Shown: positions 1-12,102 of the stretch, piece after piece
How positions within the stretch are numbered: the first letter of the stretch is position 1
Layout of the letters: each line of letters starts with the position of its first letter
DNA from: Thelocarpon superellum
Lineage: Eukaryota
Assembly: GCA_026025795.1 (NCBI GenBank)
Contig: JAPEUG010000083.1
Span: 1-52,408, forward strand
Direction of reading: 5' to 3'
DNA: 52,408 bases
Translations under genes and position numbers: made by a program
The notes under the pieces: model-generated
Seen by the model: only the letters and a program-made list of their open reading frames with translations
Database searches by the model: none
What the model was told of the DNA's origin: nothing

Positions 1-644
1 AGCTGATCGAGATTAGATATGCCCTCAATCGGCGGCACACGCACTCACTTATCTGGTATAGCTTGAGAGGAAGCTCCTTGTAGGATTGACAGATCCCCGC
101 TACCAATGACGTGATCTCCTCTTCGTGGGTTGGTGATAGGAGATAGTCGGATTTCCGGCGGTCTTGCACTCGAAATAACTATATGAGCGCGTGTGAGCGG
201 GTTAGACAGAGGGAGGACAACACTGACCTCACTCCCGCCCTCTAATCTTCCCGACTTCTGCCATAGTGCCGTCGATGACACCGTGGATAATGCCAACTTT
301 GAGGCCCCTACCATCATGAGCCCTGTGATTGATATCGAGCAGCCCCCATACCCAATCTTCCCATGTGCTTGTCGATTAGTGTCTCAAGCTTCTCTTGAAC
401 CCGAAGACCCAACGGCAGCAGATGAAAGAAACCAGAATGCGCCTGACGGGTCAGATTCTCTTCCATGACGTAGTCAAGCTTCTTACCTGACGAAGAAATC
501 CAGCTCGCATCAAGAGAGAGTGAGAATCTGCACATGTCAGGAGACGCTTAGAGACTGGTCAGGAATCTTACCCTCGCCTTTCTCCGTCGCTTTAGCCGGC
601 CCCGTCGGTATCCATATCTTGGACAGTCGAGATCTGCTATCCAT
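1..644 (-). CDS. AIM10: Mitochondrial prolyl-tRNA synthetase, 5' part (runs off the left edge; an additional upstream exon is possible)
   Basis: Spliced minus-strand reading [79 protein letters not shown] matches the class II ProRS motif-1 region of fungal mitochondrial enzymes; GTAAG...CAG introns. Confidence 0.85.
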
Positions 645-1032
645 CTGCGAGCTTGATCAGAGACTTGCACCAATGGCGTAGAGGAGCCCCGCACAGACAT
701 GAGTAGCACGTGTGGTGTGATGGTCCAGCTTGGTGAGCCCTCTTGCTCTCATACAGCTCGGAACCTCCGACAAGTAGCGGATGAATCGAGACGAACGCCA
801 TCGCGTGTGATACATTGGATGCCCACGGCCGACGGGGGGTGCCAGGTCTCAATCTAAAAGATGAAGGCGACAAGAAGCCATTCATACGCAGATCATCATC
901 CAATCAGACGGTCCAATGAGTTCATGATGATAAGTGTGTACCCTCCTTTGACTGGAGATATAGGAGTACTGGATGTTCGGCCTCGCCAACTTGTGACGGG
1001 CCAAAGGAACTGTGACTGGGATGCTGTCACGG

Positions 1033-1061
1033 GGTCACCTGACTGTACAAGTCAGGTGACC
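1033..1061. promoter_or_regulatory. Perfect 12-bp inverted repeat (GGTCACCTGACT-gtaca-AGTCAGGTGACC) in the divergent ProRS/MAK21 promoter
   Basis: Read directly; each arm has an E-box-like TCACCTGA; regulatory role is inferred from position. Confidence 0.45.
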
Positions 1062-1304
1062 ATGGATTAGCCTGGGTATATCCCACCGTAGGCTAGCTAG
1101 CTAGAGAGGACAATCAACTCATAAGCATCCTGCCGAAGGCATAACAGATACCACGGACCAACCGAGCTTTCTGGTGGAGATCCGATATCCACGGCCACCA
1201 CCACGAACACCACCACCGCCGGGCGCACCATCGACTATCCACAACCTCCAACCCGCACAACATGAACTTTCTTGTGATACCGTGAAGCTCTGCACTGGGC
1301 AATC

Positions 1305-4300
1305 ATGGCCCTGCCCTCGTTCGATGAACAAGCTCTGGCCTCTTTGACCAAGAAAATTCAGACGGAATTCAGCCAGTCCAAAAGCAAGACGACTACGCCC
1401 CACAAAATTCCGACGAAAAAGTCCAGGACCGCGGACGCTCCTCCGGCCAAGACACCAGCCGCACCATCGTATGAAGCAAGGCCCAGATCCAGGCACATCT
1501 CGAACGGGAAGAAACGAGACGCTCGAGGGCTGTTCAAACAAGACTCCGATGAGGCGACCCACAAGACACCCAGTGATGGCCGTGGCAAGAATGGAAGTGG
1601 AGCGGAGAAGGCGGGACAAGACATCTTGGAAGATATAATTGCTTTGGGAGGAGAGAGAGAGGACCTGGAGCTGATCGATGGCCTTGACTCGGCCTCGGAA
1701 TTGGAGCTGGAGGAGACAGGGTCGAGGAAGGGCTTGAAGAAGGACCTAGCTAGCTTCGTCAAAGAACTCGGCATTGAACACCAGAAGCCTCAGGATCAGT
1801 CCAGCGACGAGGAAGATATGGAGACGCAGGATATCTTGGATGGGGAGAACGAGGTGCGGAAGACCGAGCCGCCGCCGAGTGCTCCCGTTGTGATTCAAGA
1901 TGCCAATACCACCCCGCTCAACCCCGTCCGCAAAGCTTCCACCCGTGGCTCAAATGCCGCCCGACTGGTCAGTGCACGAGATGGTCAATATCTTCCACAC
2001 TGACGTCGTCACAGATCTTCGAACCACGTCCCGACTGGCATGCGATGCAATCAGATGGTCCAGCTCAAACGCAACCGCCCCACCCTCGCCCCCCTCCGCA
2101 CCTGGTCACGGCGTTGCAGAATCACGCCATGGCCCTGCTGAAAGCCGACAACGAATCATACGCTTCCAACCACCTTTCCTCTTCGTCAAACCGCTTCTTG
2201 TCCACCATCATGACCTCCGGTACCCTCTCGGATAAGATCTCCGCGCTCACGCTGGTCGTCCAAGAATCGCCCATCCACACCATGAAAGCGTTTGACAATC
2301 TTCTGGGTCTTGCACGCAAACGCAGTCGGGGGCAGGCCGTGACCGCGCTCGGCGCCTTGAAGGATCTCCTTGGTCAAGGCGTGGTCTTACCGGCGGATCG
2401 ACGGCTCCGCGCGTTTGGCGATCAGCCTGGTCTCCGGTCGGCCCTTGCCACCCTATCACATGCCACGTGGAAGCCGGGAGATGCCTTGCCCGCGCCTGTC
2501 ACCGACCTTCACCTGCTGCTGTGGGCCTACGAGGATTGGTTGAAGCGAAGTTATTTTGAGATGATCCAAATCCTCGAGACCTGGTGCAACGACGAGGTCG
2601 AGTTTGCCAGAGGTAGGGCTGTGCAATACGTGTGGGAGCTCTTGAAAGAAAAGCCAGAGCAAGAGGCCAATTTGCTTCGTCTCTTGGTCAACAAGCTGGG
2701 TGACCCGGACAAGAAGATCGCGTCCAAGACGTCCTTCCTGTTGCTGCAGCTGCAGACGAGTCACCCGTTGATGACGCCCGTCATCATCTCGTCCATCGAA
2801 TCCGAGCTGCTCTTCCGACCCGGACAGAGTGCTCACGCACGATACTACGCCATCATCACCCTAAATCAGACCGTCTTGAGCGACAAAGAGCAGCCGGTGG
2901 CCGGCAAACTACTCGAGATCTATTTCAGCCTGTTTGTCGTCTTGCTGAAGCAGGTCGACGGTGCGGCCCCTCCGGACGCGAGCCAGCCCAGTCGAAAGCT
3001 TGTGCCGACGCAAGGGGGCGGGGGAAAGGCGGGCAAGCATGCCCGGCGAAAGGCGGAGCGCGAGGCCGTGGCCGTCCAGGCCGATGAGGCATTGACGGAA
3101 AAAATGATCTCGGCCGTGCTGACGGGCGTAAATCGGGCCTTGCCCTTTGCCGCCAGCGACGACAAGATCTTCGACCGTCATCTCGACACGCTCTTCAAGA
3201 TCACGCACTCGTCGAATTTCAACACCAGCATCCAAGCCTTGCTCTTGATCCAGCAACTGACCTCGACCAAGCAAATCGCCTCGAATCGCTTCTATCGGAC
3301 GCTGTATGAGTCCCTATTGGACCCGCGCCTCCTCACCTCCTCCAAGCAAGCCATGTACCTGAATCTGCTTTTCCGATCGCTCAATTCCGATCTCAACGTG
3401 AGACGGGTCCAAGCGTTCGTCAAAAGACTCCTCCAGGTCGTCATGTTACACCAGCCGCCCTTTGTCTGTGGGACCCTGTTTCTGATCAGCGAGCTGGAGC
3501 GGACCTTTCCTCGTCTTCGCAGCGCCATCGACCAAGCCGAGGAAGTCGAGAGCGATGACGTTGAGATCTTCCATGACATGCCGGATGAGCAGGATGCCAA
3601 TCCTGCGAACGGGAACATGACTGTCGGAGTGACAGCCCCTCCCCGCGCCTCACCGGTCCGCCAGGCCTACGACGGTCGCAAACGGGATCCGGAGCATAGT
3701 GGGGCCGACCAGAGCTGCTTGTGGGAGCTGGTGAGTGGCTACTCGTGCGTACAACACCTTGCCTGCAGCTGACGAGTCCTAGATCCCTTTCCTATCGCAC
3801 TTCCATCCATCCGTCACCCTCTTTGCCTCGCGGCTGCTGCAAGGCCAGACGATGCCACCCAAGCCCGATCTCTCGCTGCACACCATGATCCATTTCCTGG
3901 ATCGCTTTGTCTACCGCAATGCCAAGTCACTGTCCAGCCCACGGGGTACGTCCATCATGCAGCCATTGGCGGGCGAGGACAACCGTGGCATGCTACTCTC
4001 CAGCCGAGACCGCAGCCGGGCGCGAGCACCGCTCAACAACGAGAAATTCTGGGCCAAGAGGGCCGACGACATTGCCGTGGATGAGGTCTTCTTCCACAAG
4101 TACTTCAATCAGGTCGGAAAGGGTGGGAGCAAGGCGGCCAAGAAGAGGAAAGAAAAAGGCCGCGACGAGGCCGCGGACGGACAGGCGGAGGAAGAGGAGG
4201 ACAATGACGCGGAGATCTGGGAGGCGTTGGTCCAGTCTCGGCCTGAGCTGGAAGGCAGCGAGGACGGAGATAGCGACGTGGACTTGGATGACATGCTCCA

Positions 4301-4610
4301 GGATGACGAGGACGAGGACGAGGACGACGATGAGGACGAGGACGAGGCGGACGAGGCAGATGACGGGGAAGAGGAGAATCTGGCCCTCTGGAGCGATGGC
4401 GACGCGCTCCTCCAAAGTGACGACGAAATCGCCCCTGGCATGGACGCGGCATTCCAAGAGGAATTGGAGGAGGGCAACCTGGCAGGCGTCCCACCTACGG
4501 ATGATGCGAAGTCGGTCTCGGGCAAGGGCAAACGCCGCAAGCTTAAGCACCTGCCCACCTTTGCGTCCGTGGACGACTACGCGGAGATGCTGGCGGGAGA
4601 CGACGACTAA
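1305..4610 (+). CDS. MAK21: Ribosome biogenesis protein Mak21/Noc1 (CBF/CEBPZ family)
   Basis: ORFs 1305-2003, 2045-3772 and 3852-4610 joined by introns 1968-2014 and 3731-3782; motifs SGTLSDKISALTL, LKEKPEQEANLLRLLVNKLGD, YDGRKRDP, FLDRFVYRNAK, acidic tail, LPTFASVDDY. Confidence 0.95.
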
Positions 4611-5134
4611 TAGTCCTACATTCTCGTGTTCTACTGATGATGAATATGATGAACGATGCTTAGCATCAGCAACCCTCGCTGCCTAGAAACTCACATCTGA
4701 GCGCAAGATGACCCTCCGTACGTAGCGCGCGAGATGGTTGATACCATCCGTCGGAAGGGAGGCTTTAGACGGGAAGTTCCGCAGCTTTGCCTCGACCGCC
4801 ACGTTTGGCGATGAGGAAGATGCCTCAACCCGCCGCTCCGTCGCTTCCGGCAACTCATGTCCCGGCTTGAGCTTGGCTTGGCTGACCCTCGTTGGGCAGG
4901 ATGATTGGATCCCAACAGACCTGCAGGGTCCAGCTCACGTCACGTTGTTAGCGGCCTCTCGACCCCCGTGGCGCGGAACCGGGTCCGCCGTCTCTCCGTG
5001 CCGAGGTCCAGGACCCAGGGGCACAAGAATTTGATTACTTGGACTATGTTACTGCTGCCCTACCACGGAACCGACCATAACATACTGTGGGCCAATTGCT
5101 TGGAGGTGCAAGCAATTGGCTAGCTCCACCCGCC

Positions 5135-6279
5135 ATGCATCGTCCCCCACCGTCAACATGGACGGGCAAGGGCCCCGAGATGATGGGCAACATGCTGCCT
5201 GGCCATCGTCTCGGCCGCAGGGTCTTGCCGCGTCACGCCGTGCCTAGTCCATGGTCGACCCTTTCGCGACGCCGTGCTTTCCACCCATGGCCCACGAGGT
5301 CGGTGTCCGGACTGGCTCGTCCGCGAGCGTCCTGGGTCTTAAATGCAGCGCCCGGTGCCCGAATGTTACCACGCTTGCAACGATCATTTCGGTGTTATAG
5401 TGCAAGCGCTGGTAGGACAGCCAACCCCAGGGCGAAGGTGAATGGTGACAGGTACTGAATCTGGCTCTAGGTATTGCAGAGGCCGCCCCACCACCACGGT
5501 CCTTCGTCCGACGCGTGCTCACTGTCTCCGCCATCGCGCTCGTCTCCACCACCTTGGGCTTCGCCATGGCGTCCGCACCCGCGCTCAAGGCCGTCAATGG
5601 CATGATCAACCCGCCGACCGACGCCGAGACGCTGACCATGTTTGTCCCGGCGGACGAGCGGTCCAAGGAGATCGAATCCTTCATCACCACCCATCCACTG
5701 GCCGTGGAGCTCCGCGCCGATCCCGACTTTTCCGAGTCCCGGCCACATCTCAAGATCCCCGAGGCCCTCCGCGGCCACAACCTGACGGGTGGGACCTTGG
5801 CCGGCCCGGACAAGATCGTCGTCCCGCCCTTCACCTGGAGCGAGAAGAGCGGAAAGAGTCTGGTCTCGATCTCCTACCTGGGCAAGGATCTCTGTGGTCA
5901 TCCAGGCATCGTGCATGGCGGCCTCCTGGCGACGATGCTGGACGAAGGCTTGGCTCGATGCTGCTTTCCCGCCCTCCCCAACAAGGTCGGCATGACGGCC
6001 AACCTCACAATCAACTACCGAAAGCCCGCCGCGGCCGATGCGTATGTGGTGCTGAGAGCGAAGACGGTCAAGGTCGAAGGACGCAAGGCGTGGGTCGAGG
6101 GCCACATTGAAACCCTCGTGGACCCCGGCAAGACGCCCATCATCTTGGCGGAAGCATCGGCATTGTTCATCGAGCCCAAGCAAGCGGCCGTACGTTCCCC
6201 GGAGCCGCCCTCCCTGACTAGCAACGGGCTCAATGCTAACTTCAACCAGACCATGGCTCGAATCTACACCTCTTCGTGA
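5135..6279 (+). CDS. Hotdog-fold (PaaI/THEM4-like) thioesterase family protein, probably mitochondrial
   Basis: LCGHPGIVHGGLLATMLDEGLARCCF...GMTANLTINYRKP motif; introns 5412-5470 and 6190-6249; Arg-rich N-terminal leader; start ATG uncertain (5135/5180/5192). Confidence 0.85.
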
Positions 6280-6609
6280 TGATAGCGAGCAGTCAGATAG
6301 AATGGCGCAAGCATTCTCTAGAACAATGCATAGACCAATGGATACGAGTAATCACCCTGTGCCGACCGATCTTTGGGTCATTCTCCCGCTGGCGACTACA
6401 GTGGCCCGTCAGCCAATCACTAAGCTCGAAGATGCTTACGTAATGACTTCCCTGAGGTTCACAGCGGGCGAACACATGAACCACCGTGAACCAAGCTGGA
6501 GCTGCTAGAGAGACACAGCCCGCGGCGCCCGTCAGATCAGGAGATCAGGCCACACATCTCCCGATGGTGCCGGTTGCAAAGGCCGCGCACACTGACCACC
6601 GGCCCGAAC

Positions 6610-7967
6610 ATGTCCGCCCCCACGAGGTACCTGCTCGTCTCCCTCCCCACGTCCATTGCGCCCTCCAACCAAGCCGAGGAAGCCTTGGCCGCCCTGCGCG
6701 CCGCCGTCACCAACGATTACGGCGCCGTCGTCCCCTTCAACCTGCCCGAGTTCAAGATTGGCACTCTGGACGCCTTGGTCCATCAAGCCGACGAGCTGGC
6801 CAAATTAGACGCCGTATGCGAGGGCGTCGTCGGCAAAGTCAACGATTCCCTCCGGACCATCCTCGACGGCGACGAGGCCAAGATTGCCCAACAGAAGACT
6901 GTCAATGACCGTCAGTGGTATTCATGCGCCGAAGGCAAAGTACGCATGGCAACTGGCTCGGGGCTAACTGGTGTGACCTAGGGCCCGTGGACCAATACCT
7001 GCGTGGCTTCTCCTGGAACAAGGTCAAGTATCGAGCGGACAAATCACTGGCCGAGTTGATCGACATGCTCCAAAAAGAGGTCTCCAGTATCGACAATGAC
7101 GTCAAGGGAAAGCTCAATCAGTACAACCAGGTCAAGACCAACTTGGCCGCGTTACAGCGAAGGCAAACGTAGGTCGAACCGTCTGGTCCCGCTACGGGGG
7201 TGACTGACGACGACCCAGTGGTAATCTATCTACCCGCTCCTTGACTCCCATCGTCGACCCCTCAGTCCTGGTGCAGGACTCGGAATATATCGAGACCCAT
7301 CTGGTCGCCGTGCCGAATCAATCTACCAAAGATTTTCTCCGATCGTACGAGACGCTTTCGCCCATGGTCGTGCCACGATCATGTTCCCGTCTCGCGGCCG
7401 ATGACGAGTTTACCCTATACGCCGTGGCCACCTTCAAAAAGCATGGACCAGAGTTTGTGCACAAATGCCGGGAACGGAAGTGGACCCCGCGGGAGTACAA
7501 ACACGTGGAGGGCGATAAGGAGGGCGAGCAGCGGGAAGTCGATCGAGTCAACCGCGACGAGCGAAAGGTGTGGGGCGAAGCGCTCCGGCTGGGTCGGACC
7601 GGCTGGTCCGAGAGTGTCATGGCGTGGATCCACGTCCTGACCCTCCGCGTCTTCGTCGAGACGGTCCTCCGATACGGCCTGCCGTTGAGCTTTGTCTGTG
7701 GACTGGTCAAGGTACGTCAAACACACCACCGTGATCCCACGTCGCATGCTGACGCCACGACAGACGACGCCCAAATTGGCCAAAAAGGCGCGCTATTCAT
7801 TAGACGCGTCATACTCGTATCTCGGAGGAAACGCGTTTGGTCGAGACAAAAAAGGTCGCATCACCAAGGACGACGCCTCCGTCTCGACCGAAATGGCCGC
7901 GGCGGGCCATGTCGGAGAAAACGGGGAATACTCGGCGTATGTGTGCTACGAGTTTGAGATCAACTGA
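6610..7967 (+). CDS. VMA5: V-type H+-ATPase V1 subunit C
   Basis: FNLPEFKIGTLDALVHQADEL, FSWNKVKYR, TGNLSTRSL, YETLSPMVVPRS, LRVFVETVLRYGLP; three GT-AG introns. Confidence 0.95.
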
Positions 7968-8065
7968 GCACCGATCTCTATCTACGACCATCTGACCTGT
8001 AATCATCATGCACTTAGCGTCATAGGCATCTCATCTCTCCCGCTCTCTTGAGAGGGGCTGCATGC

Positions 8066-8854
8066 TCAACTGGGCGGTCCAACCCCCCGGGCCTGAACCG
8101 ATTGTAAAGCTAACAAGCCCTTCGACTGCAAATACTCGATGATGGTCGCCACGGCTTCTTCCACCGTCAACTCATCACTCCTGAGATGAATCTCGGGCCG
8201 TTCGGGGGCCTCATATGGCGCCGAAATGCCCGTAAACTCCTTGATCTCGCCCGCGCGCGCCTTCTTATACAAGCCCTTTGGATCTCTCTGTTCCGCCACC
8301 TCGAGCGGCACATCCACGTAGACCTCCACGAAGCTTAGGCCCTCGTCTCCCTCTCCCTCTCTCTCTCCCTCTCCCTCTCCCACATGCAACCTCCTCGCAA
8401 GGTCACGATCGGCTCTATACGGGGAAATAAACGACGTGATAGCGACCGTCGCCGAATCCGCGAACAGCCTCGCGACCTCCGCGATCCTCCGAATATTCTC
8501 ATTCCGATCCCTCTCCGAGAAGCCCAGGTCCTTGTTCAGGCCGAACCGCACATTGTCCCCGTCGAGCCTGTAGGCCGCCACGCCCAGATGAAGGAGATGC
8601 TGCTCGAGCGCGGTTGCGATGGTGGACTTGCCCGAGGCAGAGAGGCCCGTCAGCCAGATGGTCAAGCCGCGTTGCTGGCGCAGCGCGGTACGTTCCGATC
8701 GTGTGAGGCCTGACGCGTGCCACGTTATGTTCCTGACGGTGCACCCATAAGAGTCAGTATGGCTTCCATGCGTAACCCCAGTCTCTACCTTAGGTCACCA
8801 TAAATATGGTCTGAATATCTACGGGGGCGAGGCTTAGTGTGCTTACGTTGCCAT
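8066..8854 (-). CDS. MET14: Adenylyl-sulfate (APS) kinase
   Basis: MAT|NITWH across intron 8733-8846; P-loop [57 protein letters not shown]. Confidence 0.96.
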
Positions 8855-9757
8855 TGTGGATGAGGGCACCCGTGCTGCTTCTGGGAGAGCGCCCGATGGT
8901 AGGTAGGTGGAGTGCTACGAGTACGATTGAGGACGTTGACAAATGTTTGGGAGCTCGCCCTCGCAAGTCGAGCCCCGCCAGACCACCGCGAGGACCCACT
9001 TACTTGATTGGGTTAGCTCATTCGCCGGACTTTTTGGTGACTTCGTCTTTCGCGGTGACACATGGAGAAGAAGACAATCAACATATAGAGTTCTCCTAAA
9101 GCCTTTTCTAGAGCGAGAAAATAAGAAGGGGAAAAGATTTATGGAACCCGTAGTTGAGATAATGGCGAGATCCTCCGCTAGCCAAATCGTTACACATGAC
9201 TGGAGGCTCTCCTGTTCTTCCAAGTTCGCAAGAAACTCTCCCCTGCCAGCCACATATCATCGACATAATCATATACTTGCCTTCAATAGCAGGAAGAGGC
9301 TATTCCTCATGGCATGTTCTTCCCGCGTTTGGTCTGACGTGGCCAGATTCTTACGGAGTACCTCTCGATTTCGTCTTGCAAAAGGGTGATCCTGATGCCG
9401 TTGTCTATGTGGCAGACGCCGGGATTGTTCATCCTGACCAAAGCTGCTCTTGACAAGTTTCTGCGCCCGTCGGTCACGCTGACCTCCTGTTCCGGCGTAG
9501 AGGTGATCCCGCCAGCCGAAGCATCGTAGAGAATCCCAATTCTTCCTTTACACAAGTTGATCTTCGCGATCTCCTTACTCGCGAAGCACCCTCGTTCCTT
9601 CTCCTTTCGACATCATGATTCCGACGGGAATTGATCTCGAGAGGCACGCCGTGCCTTCTTCATTCGAGATGTTGATCTTGCGCCCCCCTCGGAAGTATTT
9701 CTATCACTGTCTGCGGCCGCCTTTGGTTCTGTTTCTTCTTTTCCTCCTCCGAACATC

Positions 9758-10768
9758 ATGACGAAGTTCATGGAGTTCGCCCGGCGCCTGGCCTTCTGGG
9801 CCGTCTCGTCCTCTCCCCGCCCCGCCGCAGCCGCCGCATCACCTCTCTCCCTCCCCGTCGCCGCCGCCTCTTCCTCCGACGAGGCCTGGGCGGAGGCCGA
9901 AGGGGTTGAGCGCAAGCTCAACCCCTGGACAGACCGTCTCGTCGGTCTGGTTGCGGGCCGCCGCGCCCAGCGTCGCCTCTTCGAGAGGCGTTTTGACGAG
10001 CACCATCAGGGTGCGGGCCCAGGTAACAGCCTGACTGACGCGTTTCCATCCCCCCCACCTCCCCTCACTTGCACGTCTGTCCTGGCTCACGCGTCCTTCT
10101 ACTCAGCTTCGGCTGGAGCCATCTCCTTCCCTCCTCGTGCCGCCTCCCCTCCTCCTCCTCCTCCTGGCCTCCGCCGTCATCCGGAGGCCGCCGTGCTCCT
10201 GCCGATGCCCCAGCAGGCGGATCTCGAGTGGTTCGTTGTCCTGCGGGACATCTTTCCAGCCTCGGAAGAGGTGGCAAGGGTCCCTAGGACCATCAAAGAT
10301 TGCTGGGGTCATCGGGGGGAGCACGATGAGGCCAGGCTCCGAGAGCTGGTCGCCCACGACGAGACGTTCCAGACCAACGTCTGGAAGATGATGTGCCCCG
10401 GGGCGCACTCATCGGACGGGGAGCTCGTCTCTGCAGGGGGCGTCGGAGGTGAAGTGGCTGGCGACCACTTCATCGTCGACGCCTCCGGCGAGCTCGTCCA
10501 CGGGGGAGGCCCGTCATACCTCCTCAGTGGACCCGTCTCCTCCTGCGACGCTTTCGTCGCCCCGTTGGTCGGCTCGGCCAACTGTTTTGCTCAGGGGTTA
10601 TCTTCCCCGGGCTCGCCCCCTCTGGTCGCCTGCCGCCCCTCGCCTGTGCCCGCCCGTACCCTTGCCCTTGCTTCCTGTCGCATCGCGGTGCAGGAGAGTT
10701 GGAGTGGAGATGACTCGTTCTGTCCGGTGGTGTTGACGGGGGGCAAGGGTAAGGGCCGGGCCGTCTAG
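9758..10768 (+). CDS. Hypothetical protein (336 aa, Ala/Pro/Ser-rich, no recognised domain)
   Basis: Long ATG-initiated ORF in good context (catcATG) preceded by a pyrimidine-rich tract; no family motif recognised. Confidence 0.4.
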   Translation: MTKFMEFARRLAFWAVSSSPRPAAAAASPLSLPVAAASSSDEAWAEAEGVERKLNPWTDRLVGLVAGRRAQRRLFERRFDEHHQGAGPGNSLTDAFPSPPPPLTCTSVLAHASFYSASAGAISFPPRAASPPPPPPGLRRHPEAAVLLPMPQQADLEWFVVLRDIFPASEEVARVPRTIKDCWGHRGEHDEARLRELVAHDETFQTNVWKMMCPGAHSSDGELVSAGGVGGEVAGDHFIVDASGELVHGGGPSYLLSGPVSSCDAFVAPLVGSANCFAQGLSSPGSPPLVACRPSPVPARTLALASCRIAVQESWSGDDSFCPVVLTGGKGKGRAV

Positions 10769-11203
10769 TGGAAAGCGTTCGGCGATGAGGACGAGGATCA
10801 GGATGACGAGAATGGAGGACGATTACAGCAACGACTATGACGACGAGAGAGACGACGCGTGAGACGACAGGTATGGGAGGAGTGTCGGAGTTTGTATGGT
10901 CATCGTCATCATCATCATCATGGTGGAGAGCAGACAGCGGGCGCAAGGGACTCTTGGACGGCCAGAGTTTTGTTGCTTGTTCTTTCCTGTGATCTTCATT
11001 CTTGTTGATTCTCCTGCAAGTACATTATTATTGACGACGCTTGACGATACCCATCCCTTGACGACGACGAAGACGGGGGTGTATCAATTCACAAGGCATC
11101 GCTGTTCGTGAACCTCTCCTCTTCTCCTGTCTTTCGATTTCGAATTTCGTAGGATGGCGAGGTCAGCAGTACCTACTTACAAGGGAAAGACTCAGAGTAG
11201 AAA

Positions 11204-12102
11204 TCAATCGTCCCACACGGCCCTTCTCGCCCGTTCTCCATCTTCCAGCCTCCTCCTCTCCGCATCCCGCGCGTCGTTCCGTCTCTTCGTCTCCTTGTCA
11301 CGCAGCGCGCGGTCGTATTCACGCTGCTCTTCGGTGCGTTTCGGCGCTCGCACGCCCAATGCACCTGCTATGAGCCGTTTCGCGACCGCGTCTGTTTTCT
11401 CGGGCCGGGTTGCGGTCGAGGTGGAGGCAGTCGCTGCGGAAGTCGGGGCGGCGTGACGGGGAGGGGTAGTGGCGGCGGCGGTGGACGAGTAGGGCGGAGA
11501 AGCAGTGGCAACGTCCAGGAAATACTGCTGGGCCGTGGACGTATTGAACGCCTTGTTGAGCGACGCAGGCACCGGTGGGGGCGGCGACTGGTGCGTCTCG
11601 TAGTATGAAGACGAGCCTGAGACGGGCGTTGGGGGTGGCGCACCCGGTATCTCCATTGCGGCGCTGTTGGATGTGCCTGCGCGTGGCGTTGTGGGTTCTG
11701 ATGTCTCGTTCTCATTCTCGTTCTCGTCGTCATCGTTCTCGTCTGAGGTCCGTGTGCGCGTGTTGGGTCGAGAAACGGTAGGCGAGGAGGGAAAAGAGGA
11801 GGAGGACGAAGGTGAAGAGACGTCATCGTCCCACGAATCCGCGACGGGTTCTGTCGCTGCTGGCTTTCCGGCCTTGCTTCTCGTCGTCTTGTTGGTCTTG
11901 CTCTTACCCCCCTTGCTCTTGCTGGTGCTGGTGCTTCCTGCTTTCGACGGCGTGGCTCGAGCATTGCTGCGGTTGGGATCTATGGATAGTTTCGAGATGG
12001 AGATGTTGAGATCTGTTCGTGTCAGATGACATGTCGCCCGGAAGGGAGTAGACCGGTGTCAAGTGCACGTGAAGTTGTACCTTTGGATGGAGGGGGAGGC
12101 AT
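11204..12102 (-). CDS. Conserved-looking fungal hypothetical protein (low complexity; VADSWDD motif; C-terminal RPEKTDAVAKRLIAGALGVRAP coiled region)
   Basis: MPPPPSK|DLNISISK via a GTACAA...CTGAC...CAG intron gives a continuous frame into ORF 11204-11656. Confidence 0.75.

Noticed and set aside
4770..5037. RNase P RNA-like motifs (GGGAAGTTC and ACAAGAATTTGATTA)
   Set aside because: The two would-be P4 strands do not pair adequately, other conserved regions are absent, and such degenerate motifs occur by chance
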